A stretch of DNA of 61,087 nt, filler included, from Barthelona sp. PAP020 (taxonomy: Eukaryota), in the NCBI GenBank assembly GCA_040182905.1. It is 10 parts of 10 records of this genome, joined end to end, with 100 filler letters (N's around TTAATTAATTAA, not from the genome) between each part and the next. Parts side by side here need not be neighbours in the genome. Positions count along the whole stretch, not along the records: positions 37,045 to 42,983 come from JARQWU010000568.1; positions 43,084 to 49,022 come from JARQWU010000569.1; positions 49,123 to 55,055 come from JARQWU010000570.1; 7 more parts are not named here. One strand, given 5' to 3'. The translations under genes and the position numbers were made by a program. The stretch's first letter is position 1. The number at the start of each line of letters is the position of its first letter. The notes below the pieces were generated by a model. That model was not told the origin of the DNA. It ran no database searches and was given only the letters and a program-made list of their open reading frames with translations. Positions 41,114-50,457 of the stretch are shown here, in pieces.

Positions 41114-42673
41114 ATGACTAAGAGATTTGGTTTTCAGTTTATTATCAATGAAAATGACACCTTGGATTTTTATGAAAATGAGTTTGAAGATAACAGAGTT
41201 GCTTTAACTTCAGAAAATATTAAATGTACTTTCAAAGATCGGTGTCTATCAGTTTCATACAATAAAATTGAAGGAATTGATCTGTTGACCCTGTTTGACA
41301 CTCATTCCATTTTAGATTATTGGGCAATTAAAGGGGAACCAACGTTGTATTGTGCTTTATCTTTGAAAACCCCCACCTTTGTTTGTTGCACTGATGATAC
41401 TTTGATGCTGTTCAAATCTGGTAGGGAATTACCCACATGTAAATGTCCTGAAACAATCAATAATATCATCAGTTTACAGGCAAATAATAACCAGATTATT
41501 GTTTCTGATGGAGTAACACAGCTAATTTATGACCATGATTTGTCATTGATGACCGAAAAAAGATATCCATCCATCAAAACCATTCCAATTGGCAGCGAAA
41601 AATTCATTTGTGTAAACGACTATGGCATTGAGCTCTGTAATTGGTCCTTGAACTGTGTTGAAGGATTTGAGGGACTGAATGATTTCGAGGTGGTCGATTC
41701 TTCACTTGATGAAAAATCCATTCTTTTAAATGAAGGAGGACGAACGATAGTTCGATCAACGAAGGATTTTAAGATAGTTGAAGAACTCTGCGGTGCAGGA
41801 GATCGAATGGGATTTCTTGGGAATGATCACATTGTGATTTTGACAGATGCTCACAGCTGTATATGGAGCCTAGAGACTAACAGATGCATTTGGTCTACAA
41901 CATTGTTATTTGATAACTTTTGTGGAAATTTTCTCAATAACATTGTACTTTTTGGTCAAGAATTTTCTTTGGAGAAAAGATTTGTTGGTGAAACCGTGGA
42001 AAGGTTTGAAAAATCTCAAAATCCTTCATATGCTTGTTGGATTGCAATTGAGAGTAATTTTTACGTTTGTGTTGATTGGAAATCTCGAGAATTGATGAAT
42101 TCCACGAATATCAATTGTAATTGGCCGCATTGCAATGAATTTATGATTTTGTTGGCAAAAGACTGTTTCTTTGTAAAACAGAAGGAGGAAAAATGGATGA
42201 AGATTGAGAGCGTTGAAGATTTTGCAGAACTATCAAAATTCAATTCGAATTTCTTCTGTTTAACTGATAAAAATTTTGCAGCTATGTATTTAGGTGACCA
42301 ATGGGTAATTTTCAATCATATGTTAAATTTTGTTTGCAGATCCAAGCAAGATCTGAAAAAAATGATGAAAAAATTGCATTGTCCTGTTATTTTCAATACA
42401 AATGAATATTTGCTATTAGAATTAAGCAAGAAAAAAATGTCCAATCAACAAAAACAATTTTCCAAAGAAATTTTAGACCTAATTACCATTGATTATCCTT
42501 TGCAACCAAAAGAGTATGATGAAATTGACTCAACAGAATTAGAAAAACAATTGCAGACTTCTCATTATTTACATGAGAAGAATTTGGTCGACAAATCAGG
42601 TTTTCATTACAAACCAAATAATTTGGTTAACCAACCAAGAAAACATGGACATATTACTTATAGACCATATTAA
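41114..42673 (+). CDS. Hypothetical beta-propeller (WD40-like) protein
   Basis: 519-aa ORF rich in short beta-strand patterns (IWSLETNRCIW). No specific family recognised. Confidence 0.6.
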   Translation: MTKRFGFQFIINENDTLDFYENEFEDNRVALTSENIKCTFKDRCLSVSYNKIEGIDLLTLFDTHSILDYWAIKGEPTLYCALSLKTPTFVCCTDDTLMLFKSGRELPTCKCPETINNIISLQANNNQIIVSDGVTQLIYDHDLSLMTEKRYPSIKTIPIGSEKFICVNDYGIELCNWSLNCVEGFEGLNDFEVVDSSLDEKSILLNEGGRTIVRSTKDFKIVEELCGAGDRMGFLGNDHIVILTDAHSCIWSLETNRCIWSTTLLFDNFCGNFLNNIVLFGQEFSLEKRFVGETVERFEKSQNPSYACWIAIESNFYVCVDWKSRELMNSTNINCNWPHCNEFMILLAKDCFFVKQKEEKWMKIESVEDFAELSKFNSNFFCLTDKNFAAMYLGDQWVIFNHMLNFVCRSKQDLKKMMKKLHCPVIFNTNEYLLLELSKKKMSNQQKQFSKEILDLITIDYPLQPKEYDEIDSTELEKQLQTSHYLHEKNLVDKSGFHYKPNNLVNQPRKHGHITYRPY

Positions 42674-42895
42674 AGCTATTTTTTGATGAATTTGTGTGAA
42701 TCATGAAGGATCTTCCTTGTTTTTCAAATTTTCTTTAATCCCATGAATTTTTCCTTCATTTGTGTTGCATTTGTAAAGTATTAATGTTTTATTTTAAATT
42801 TCAAAACTTTATATGTGTATGGATGATAATTCAATCCCAGAACAAAACCAACAAAACAAAAATACTTTTTTTAATTCAATTTTTATTTATCTTCA

Positions 42896-42983
42896 ATGGT
42901 TGACGAATTTACAGTCGGAGAAATTTTCAGTGTTTCTGGACCTGTTGTTGTTGCAGATAATCTTTGGGGTGCAGGAATGCATG
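42896..42983 (+). CDS. ATP6V1A: V-type ATPase catalytic subunit A, N-terminus (partial)
   Basis: MVDEFTVGEIFSVSGPVVVADNLWGAGMH matches the VMA1 N-terminal G.I..VSGPVV.A..M.G..M. Absent from the ORF track. Confidence 0.85.
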
Positions 42984-43083
42984 NNNNNNNNNNNNNNNNN
43001 NNNNNNNNNNNNNNNNNNNNNNNNNNNTTAATTAATTAANNNNNNNNNNNNNNNNNNNNNNNNNNNNNNNNNNNNNNNNNNNN
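42984..43083. other. Artificial contig linker
   Basis: N44-TTAATTAATTAA-N44. Confidence 0.98.
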
Positions 43084-43409
43084 TTCTCTTTAACATTTTC
43101 TTCGTCAGACTCGGTTTCCCAACTGATAGCTCTAAAAACTTTATCACGTTCCTTTTTACCTTCAGCAGTGAAGAAATAAAGATGTCTTTCACGGGTGAGC
43201 AAACCATCTTCTAAGGCCTTTAAAAGGCAAGGACGTAAATATTGATTATAATTTGGGGGAACATCATATAATTCTTTCACAAATCTCTTGATATAGCTGA
43301 GAGCAATACCTCTACCATGATTTCCACGAGTTAAAGCTACCCACATTATTTCAGAATAAGGAGGATGTTTGTAAACCTTTTTCGTTTGTTTTTCGCTGTT
43401 ATCTGACAT
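43084..43409 (-). CDS. Linker histone H1/H5 globular (H15) domain protein (3' truncated)
   Basis: KHPPYSEIMWVAL...RGIALSYIKRFVKELY...LRPCLLKALEDGLL matches the H15 winged-helix consensus. Confidence 0.75.
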
Positions 43410-43757
43410 TCAATGTTGAAAAGAATAAATAAAAAAAAATTCTTTCAGTTTGCCCAAAAAAAAAGTTACGATTTTTTTTTGCCTGATTTTCTTTACATTT
43501 TTCTCCATTAGAACTCTTTTCATCTCCTATATAACTTGAATTCAAAATCTCGACTGTACAATGGCCAAATAAGCAAAATTTATTTGTTGAAACTTCAATA
43601 TTTGAAATTAATCTTTTTCTCTGTGAAACCACACAATTAGACTTGATAATGGTGTTTGATTGGTATGTTTGTCATTCAATTTGAATGCTAATTGAGTTGC
43701 TAATAGAGTTGACTTCTTCACCCTCAACAAATACACAATAAAAAAATTACAAAGTTT

Positions 43758-46700
43758 TTACAATTTGACTCTTGAACTAAGAACCATTGCTGTTTTTGAA
43801 TGATTCCAACCTTCTTTTTGTGGATTTTTCTCTGTCAATTCACGAAGATACTCAGCTCTCATATCAGCTTGAGTCCTGGAACCAGACAACATATTGTAGG
43901 CTTTTTTATCCGCGAATTTGGCAGTCAAATGAGATAAAGATGGAATTAAGTTCATTGGTAAAACCAACCCAGATAAAAGTGGGCCAAAATGGTCCATAAT
44001 TTTCCCTTTCAATCCATCCACTTTATGTACATCAACATAGAACAATTCATTAGGTGCTGAATAATTGGGTTGAATAACAATGTGTGCAAAATTAAATTGT
44101 GATGATATTGTTAAGGGATGATAGGGAGTTTTATTGTCAGAAACAACAATGTGAACATGATCATTGCCGACATGACGTTTTTTATGGATTTGTTGATCAT
44201 CAGTAGGATTAGTTTGCATCAATGTCGGCACATGATAAATAGATTCTGAAAATGTGGTATTGTTAATGGGTGCCAAAAGACCTGTTGACAACATGGGATC
44301 TAAACCTCCCAAATATCCAACATATTTGTCCAAATGAACATGTAGACCGATTTGCAATCTAAAATTCCTGAACACATCCGTTTCATCCTCTAAAGAGTTC
44401 CACAAAATTTCATTTTGATCAGTTTGATTGTTACCAACGAAAATCAATCCCATTTTATGCTTTTCTGTCAAAGGAGCATCATCAATATGAGATAACATCA
44501 ATGGTAAACCATTCCATGGTTGAATCACAGTTGATGGGGCCGATGCATTAACCAACCCCAAAGCAACACAGAAAATTCTGCTGAAAGACAACATAACAGA
44601 TGAGAAGTTAATGGTACATTTGGGGTACAACATTGGCTTGAAGGAAGATTCAGCTACTAAGTCACAAATACGTTCAATCTCCATATTCATTGCTTCCATA
44701 ACCCCATTAAACATTACTGAGGATTCATCTTCTTGATGAATCATTACATAACTATCAAGCTTGAACTTATCCAAATATTTGGCAATCTTATCTTCACTAC
44801 AATAGTCTTTCTCTGTATTTTCATAAAAATTGTCTATTTCAACCTCAATTAATTCTTTTGGTGAAGATAAGCATGGTTTAACACGATAGACACGTCTGCT
44901 CAAAAGATTTCTTGAATGCATTAAAAATTCCTTTGTGGGTAATTCCAAAAATGTGAGAAGAGTATTTTTGCCAACTGCCAATGCTCTTAAATAGTTTGAA
45001 AATTCATCAGGATACCATTCTCCAAGGAATTCCTTCATATAAGCACCAAGTAACGATTCAGTAATCAAAGAATCTCTTGTTTGAATACCCAAAGGTGCAG
45101 TAGGCCATGTACCAGCAAGATCTATCAGTGTTTGATACAACACATGTGCATGGTTGTGGGTGTGTTTCGCACCAGCCTTCTCAATATTGCTGATCCAACA
45201 AAATTTCAAACAAATTTCAAAAATTTCTTGTAACATCTCATGAGACCTTCTATTAGAATCACATAACACATTCGAATGGATAGGCAAAGCAACAAATACT
45301 GTCAGAACTCTCAATAATTCAGCAACATAGTTGAGACCTCCAATTGGTATACTTTTACAATATCTGATAATCACATTCAAGATGATGGGAACAGCGGCAG
45401 GGATTGTAGGAGCTAGTTCTACAAGCATTTCAAAAGTTTCAACAACACGATTATAAATCTCCAAAGACCACGCGGGTTGAGTAACCAACAAACCACAGTA
45501 TTCAGTAACTAATTGTAAACTGAATTGAGGGGCATATTTGGCATTTGCAAGAATGAGAGTTGTTAATGTAAACAACGTTTCTCTTAAAACAATGTCATTT
45601 GTGTGTGTTTTCAAAGTTTCTAGCAATATCAGATTTATTGCTTTCGGAATGGCATCAAAATTATTAACCAACGTCAATTGCACCATATCATTATTCAATC
45701 CCATGGAAGAAAATGCACGAGTGGTCTTTAATTTTCTTTTACGTGGCTTTTTGTGTAAAATTCCATACAATGCATTGTTGAAGACCATATCCAAATCAGA
45801 CAAAGATGCATCGGATTTATTTGATACATTAGGGGACTTGTCATCTACGATACGCTTTTCACGCTCTATTGGGAAAAGAGAAGGCAATTGGAACTTATTC
45901 GAAGAGGACTTTGGAATAACAAACATCGCATCTTTGTATGTATGATTCAAAAGCATGATTGAACGAAGAATTTGCAAACATGATAGGTGCACTTCCAATG
46001 AAGGTTGTTTGCTAAATAAAGGTCCACAAACATTCAACAGACGTGAGATACAATTTATGGCATAGGGAATTAACATATAAAAAGATTCGGGCAAATGCGA
46101 ACAAAATAAGCTCTCAGCAGCCTCAAAGTAGCTAAATAATTGTTCTTCCCTATTGTTGGTAAACACAAAAAGACTGAATTCAATGAATCTACTTCTATCA
46201 AAAGCGCTCAATTGGGAATCAGAATATTTATAATGGTCAGTATGCAAACGAACCAAAGTATAGGTACATTCATTGACAGTCTTCAATTGGATCTGAGACG
46301 AAGTTCGTGAGATATTAAACATCGCACATTCATATAACCAACTGCCAACCAGACTTAACAAAGTAGGAACATTTGGGCCTTTAGGACGAGGGGTAATACG
46401 ATTATGTTTTACCAACTGAATTGACTCCTCATTTAAACCAACATTCATGAATTGGTCAGCCAACCAACACATTGTCAACATGATCTTTTGATGGGTAAAA
46501 TCATGATCACAACTATTTGGATTTCCACACAAAATTAAGATACGCATGAACATATACTTCAAACATTTTGGAGTAAGATGAACATTTGGTAACTCAAAGA
46601 CAGGTAAATCACTTTTTTTATCACCCGCCCAATTAACAACAACTTCGTTTGCACCTACTGTAGGGCCAAACATGAAATTAATCAAATAAAGAGTGTAGTT

Positions 46701-47450
46701 CTTCAAAAATACTATCCAATGATTGACGAATAATTCTCTTGCACCAACCAATTCAGATGAAGCACTATGTACAACTCGTTGATAAATAGTGTTGAAAAGC
46801 CTCCAAAGTTCCTTATCCCTAGTTTCAGAAATAACAAAAAACTCAAAAATAAGAGCCAATACGTGAGGCGATAATTCAGACTGAAGATTGAAACGGTCAT
46901 TCTTGTAGTATGTTGAAGTGTAGAAGTCAATAATGCCTAAAAGCACACGGAATATTACATTCCATGTCTGGTCAGTCATTCTTTGACAAGCAACAGAATT
47001 GAACATATCTAAAACAATTAAGCAATGTGTACGTTGGGCAGTAACAATTTTAGGCTCAATTACATCTTCAACGTTTGTTTCAAACAGAACACTGCAATGT
47101 CTGATGATTAAATGAACAAAAAACTCGTAATTTTCAGTGATAACTGAAGGGCAATTGGATGGATGTGTAGGCTGAATCCATTGTGAATATATTTCTAATG
47201 TTGAAACAATTAACTCATCATCTTCATAAGGCTCCAATTCAAATGCTGCACTCAAAATTTCCATCCACCAAACAACATGTGGAATGGTTTTAATGTTACT
47301 CAACACCTCATCATTATCCGAATTAGGTTTAAATAATTTAATTGCATCTTTAATTATTTGACGCTTCTTTGCAATCGGAATTGCATGAAATACAAAGCTT
47401 CCTTCCTGTATATCAAGATAATTGTTATCGGATATAAATTTAAGAAGCAT
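43758..47450 (-). CDS. RalGAP/TSC2-family protein with C-terminal Rap-GAP domain
   Basis: HKMGLIFVGNNQ, YVGYLGGLD, YHVPTLM, KKRHVGNDHVHIV, SQFNFAHIVIQP, FGPL. The N-terminus (VVWWMEILSAAFEL...LEIYSQWI) is RalGAP-beta-like. Confidence 0.88.
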   Translation of the reverse strand: MLLKFISDNNYLDIQEGSFVFHAIPIAKKRQIIKDAIKLFKPNSDNDEVLSNIKTIPHVVWWMEILSAAFELEPYEDDELIVSTLEIYSQWIQPTHPSNCPSVITENYEFFVHLIIRHCSVLFETNVEDVIEPKIVTAQRTHCLIVLDMFNSVACQRMTDQTWNVIFRVLLGIIDFYTSTYYKNDRFNLQSELSPHVLALIFEFFVISETRDKELWRLFNTIYQRVVHSASSELVGARELFVNHWIVFLKNYTLYLINFMFGPTVGANEVVVNWAGDKKSDLPVFELPNVHLTPKCLKYMFMRILILCGNPNSCDHDFTHQKIMLTMCWLADQFMNVGLNEESIQLVKHNRITPRPKGPNVPTLLSLVGSWLYECAMFNISRTSSQIQLKTVNECTYTLVRLHTDHYKYSDSQLSAFDRSRFIEFSLFVFTNNREEQLFSYFEAAESLFCSHLPESFYMLIPYAINCISRLLNVCGPLFSKQPSLEVHLSCLQILRSIMLLNHTYKDAMFVIPKSSSNKFQLPSLFPIEREKRIVDDKSPNVSNKSDASLSDLDMVFNNALYGILHKKPRKRKLKTTRAFSSMGLNNDMVQLTLVNNFDAIPKAINLILLETLKTHTNDIVLRETLFTLTTLILANAKYAPQFSLQLVTEYCGLLVTQPAWSLEIYNRVVETFEMLVELAPTIPAAVPIILNVIIRYCKSIPIGGLNYVAELLRVLTVFVALPIHSNVLCDSNRRSHEMLQEIFEICLKFCWISNIEKAGAKHTHNHAHVLYQTLIDLAGTWPTAPLGIQTRDSLITESLLGAYMKEFLGEWYPDEFSNYLRALAVGKNTLLTFLELPTKEFLMHSRNLLSRRVYRVKPCLSSPKELIEVEIDNFYENTEKDYCSEDKIAKYLDKFKLDSYVMIHQEDESSVMFNGVMEAMNMEIERICDLVAESSFKPMLYPKCTINFSSVMLSFSRIFCVALGLVNASAPSTVIQPWNGLPLMLSHIDDAPLTEKHKMGLIFVGNNQTDQNEILWNSLEDETDVFRNFRLQIGLHVHLDKYVGYLGGLDPMLSTGLLAPINNTTFSESIYHVPTLMQTNPTDDQQIHKKRHVGNDHVHIVVSDNKTPYHPLTISSQFNFAHIVIQPNYSAPNELFYVDVHKVDGLKGKIMDHFGPLLSGLVLPMNLIPSLSHLTAKFADKKAYNMLSGSRTQADMRAEYLRELTEKNPQKEGWNHSKTAMVLSSRVKL

Positions 47451-47625
47451 AATTGCGTTAAAAATATTAATGAATATTTTATTGACAAGTCAAGAATGAA
47501 TTTGCGGATAAATCAAACCATCACTGAATAACAGATTTATGCTCAACCATTTACTTTTGTTTGCAGAATCAAAGTCAAAAATAATTTGCCTTCCATTTGA
47601 TTATTTTCTTTTTTTACCTCCATTA

Positions 47626-48975
47626 ATGATCACAACACTATCTTGGATTCCACGAGGAGCTGCAAGAGAAATTCCTATTAAGTGGGATGTTTACAAATAT
47701 GAATCTGATGATGATGAAAATAACGAACAAGAGAATTTTGTTGAAGAAGAAAATTCTGTTGAAGAAGAAAACTTTGTTGAAGAAGAAAGCTTTGTCGAAG
47801 AAGATTTTGAACAAAACGTTTCTGGCTCCGAAGAAGAAGATGAAGTTGATGGCATTGATGATGATAACATGATAGAAAATGTTGACGTGTTCTTGCCTGA
47901 AGATGACCCTTATATGACAGGAGATTTAGAAGAAGAACCAGAGGATATTGAAGACTTTCGTTTGAAAAGAAGTGATATGTTGTTGTTGGGAGGTAGAACT
48001 ACAGATCATGGATCTTTTATTGATTTATATGTTTTAGAAAGAGAAGAAGGAAACTTATTTATTCATCATGATTATGAGATGCAATCTGCCCCTCTTTGTT
48101 CTACTTGGATTGGTTACACACCAAGTATATTACGTGAAGGCAACAAGAAAAGTGGAAACTTTGCAGCTGTTGGATCATTTCAATCACCAGTAATTGAGAT
48201 TTGGAATTTAGATATCGTTGACACAATCGAGCCTGCATTGTCTTTGGGCGGTTTTGTTGAACAAAAAATATCGGCACGAAAATCTAAAAAGAAAAAAGGC
48301 CAAATGGTTAAAACATTTTTTGAAGGTTCTCATGAAGGTACCGTTATGGGATTAGATTGGTGTCAAAAGACCCCTCAATTGTTGGCCTCTTCCAGTGATG
48401 ATACTACGATTAAGCTTTGGGATTTAGATTCTTCTGAATGTTTGAGTACTTTCACCCATCACAATGAAAAGGTTCCTTGCATTCGTTTCCATCCATCTAA
48501 GGCTTTAAAGATGGCTTCCGCCTCCGATGGTGGTTCTATTTATTATTTTGATGCGAATCAAGAGACAGACAACATTTTACACAGTTATTCAGTAGGGGTT
48601 GACCCTGAATGTATGATTTGGAATTCAAATAACCCTAATGACCTTATACTATCGTTGTTTGATGGTCGTATTTGTTGTTTTGATATACGTTCAGAAAGCG
48701 ACAATTGTTGTTGGGAAATCAATGCAGCAAAACAAGCAATTACTTCCATTGCCACATCCAGTTTCAAAAAAGATTTATTGGCTTCCACATGTTTGGATGG
48801 TAATGTTCGTGTGTTTGACATGAGAAAGAACAATCAGATGATTTGGCAAAAAGACATGAAAGTAGGTGATCTTTATTCAGTAGCTTTTGATAACTCAAGT
48901 GGTGTGTTCTCTGTTGGTGGAAGCAAGGGTGAAATTAGAATTATTGATTGCAACTTCATTGAGGAGTTAAAGTAG
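47626..48975 (+). CDS. PWP1: Periodic tryptophan protein 1 (WD40, ribosome biogenesis)
   Basis: MITTLSWIPRG N-terminus, acidic region, NLFIHHD, GNFAAVG..IEIWNLDIVD, LLASSSDDTTIKLWDL. Confidence 0.92.
   Translation: MITTLSWIPRGAAREIPIKWDVYKYESDDDENNEQENFVEEENSVEEENFVEEESFVEEDFEQNVSGSEEEDEVDGIDDDNMIENVDVFLPEDDPYMTGDLEEEPEDIEDFRLKRSDMLLLGGRTTDHGSFIDLYVLEREEGNLFIHHDYEMQSAPLCSTWIGYTPSILREGNKKSGNFAAVGSFQSPVIEIWNLDIVDTIEPALSLGGFVEQKISARKSKKKKGQMVKTFFEGSHEGTVMGLDWCQKTPQLLASSSDDTTIKLWDLDSSECLSTFTHHNEKVPCIRFHPSKALKMASASDGGSIYYFDANQETDNILHSYSVGVDPECMIWNSNNPNDLILSLFDGRICCFDIRSESDNCCWEINAAKQAITSIATSSFKKDLLASTCLDGNVRVFDMRKNNQMIWQKDMKVGDLYSVAFDNSSGVFSVGGSKGEIRIIDCNFIEELK
47731..47802 (+). repeat. 18-bp coding tandem repeat x4 (E-N/S-F/S-V-E-E)
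   Basis: gagaattttgttgaagaa / gaaaattctgttgaagaa / gaaaactttgttgaagaa / gaaagctttgtcgaagaa. Confidence 0.85.
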
Positions 48976-49022
48976 AATATTAGTAGCGGATTTTTAAACA
49001 ATAAATGGACTTTCATTTATTT

Positions 49023-49122
49023 NNNNNNNNNNNNNNNNNNNNNNNNNNNNNNNNNNNNNNNNNNNNTTAATTAATTAANNNNNNNNNNNNNNNNNNNNNN
49101 NNNNNNNNNNNNNNNNNNNNNN
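49023..49122. other. Artificial contig linker
   Basis: N44-TTAATTAATTAA-N44. Confidence 0.98.
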
Positions 49123-49206
49123 TTTTTATTCATATAGATTGTGAAAACATAAAACTGTACAGGTTTGGGCTGATACACGGTGGACAAGAAATGAGAAGCT
49201 GAATTG

Positions 49207-50382
49207 TCAACGTGTTCTCAACCTGGATCTTTCCCATTCCCAGTCTGAGGCCCGCATATTGCTGTTTAGTTGTCTATGGGTGATGGGACGGGCGGTTTGT
49301 GTTCTACGAGATGTGGATGCCCCACGCTGAATGTTGACTTTTCTTTGCAAAGTCTTTATCTGCTTTTCTAAATCTGCCTTTATATTTATCAACTGGCGAT
49401 AATCTTCGGGTGTTGGACCATTTCCTTGATCGGTTTGAAGCTTCAGTACTTTTAATTTCTGCCTCAGCTTTTCGTTGTCGTTCAACACACTTTTTATTTC
49501 GTTGTTCATCTTGGCGATAAAATTGGACTCACTTTTGATGTTGTTCTTTATTGAGTTGGCCTCAGCATCTAATTTCATCAATGAATCTCGCATGTCTTGC
49601 AATTGAGTAACGGAATTGCTGGCGATTAACTTCAGATTCAACAATTCACTGTTCTTCTTTTGCAAATTGTCTTCGAAATGTCTTTTTTCAATTTTCAGCT
49701 CCTCAAAGTCGATTCGTTGGAATGTTTCTCCAAACCTCTGTTTCTGGGCAATTTGCGTCGACAATTTTGCAATGTGGCTTTTGTCGGAATTGATCCCCAA
49801 TCTTATCTTCTCAATCTTGTTTGTTTTCAATTTGATAAGCGATTCATAGTACCTGATCATTTTTTCTGCCTGAATCGTTGTCTGTTGCTTGTGGTTGCTT
49901 CGCATGGCAAGATGAGGCTTGAGGTGGTCTATTGGGAGACATTCCTTCTTGAACTGAAAAGCCTCATTCTTGATTTCCCCAATGCGCTCCTGTGACGCTT
50001 TTAGAATACAGGTGAGCTTTTCTTTCATTCTCTCGGAGCTCTCCTCGACTTTGACAATATCGTCACGATAGGACTCAATGACCCTTGTGACAATTTCCAA
50101 ACGCTGCGGAAATGTGATGTATGGCTTGAACTTGCGCTTCCTTCGTCGATTTCTAGTGCCAGACAAATCCATCTCGCCATAATACGAGATGGAGCCAGTA
50201 TTTTGATTGACAAAAGCGGACAACAGCGCGTTTTCAAAAGCTAAAAATTCATTATTTCGAGTTATAAAACGGATTTGGTCTTCTAATATTTCGGCGTCCT
50301 CCTCCTCCATTCTCCATGGCAAATAGGATTTTCTATCAACAACAGTAGAGACGCTTGACTGAATAGACGGTGCCAAGCTCAT
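49207..50382 (-). CDS. CCDC113: CCDC113 / CFAP263 (DUF4201 axonemal coiled-coil protein)
   Basis: DUF4201 motif GETFQRIDFEELKIEKRHFEDNLQKKNSELLNLK, plus CCDC113-type ITFPQRLEIV and IQAEKMIRYYE. First ATG 50382. Confidence 0.8.
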   Translation of the reverse strand: MSLAPSIQSSVSTVVDRKSYLPWRMEEEDAEILEDQIRFITRNNEFLAFENALLSAFVNQNTGSISYYGEMDLSGTRNRRRKRKFKPYITFPQRLEIVTRVIESYRDDIVKVEESSERMKEKLTCILKASQERIGEIKNEAFQFKKECLPIDHLKPHLAMRSNHKQQTTIQAEKMIRYYESLIKLKTNKIEKIRLGINSDKSHIAKLSTQIAQKQRFGETFQRIDFEELKIEKRHFEDNLQKKNSELLNLKLIASNSVTQLQDMRDSLMKLDAEANSIKNNIKSESNFIAKMNNEIKSVLNDNEKLRQKLKVLKLQTDQGNGPTPEDYRQLINIKADLEKQIKTLQRKVNIQRGASTSRRTQTARPITHRQLNSNMRASDWEWERSRLRTR

Positions 50383-50457
50383 GGTCGACGTTAACAAAAA
50401 AGAAGGGTTTTTGTGTCGAAAAAAGAATTTTTTTTGTATTTAAACAGGACACCCCAA
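50383..50457. promoter_or_regulatory. Putative 75-bp bidirectional promoter between CCDC113 and IFT88
   Basis: Head-to-head ATGs, with a T-tract on each strand just upstream of its gene, as at other divergent pairs here. Confidence 0.55.

Noticed and set aside
50383..50457. RFX X-box in the CCDC113/IFT88 spacer
   Set aside because: Only the short palindromes gtcgac and gttaac are present, with no GTTNCCATGGNAAC-like match.
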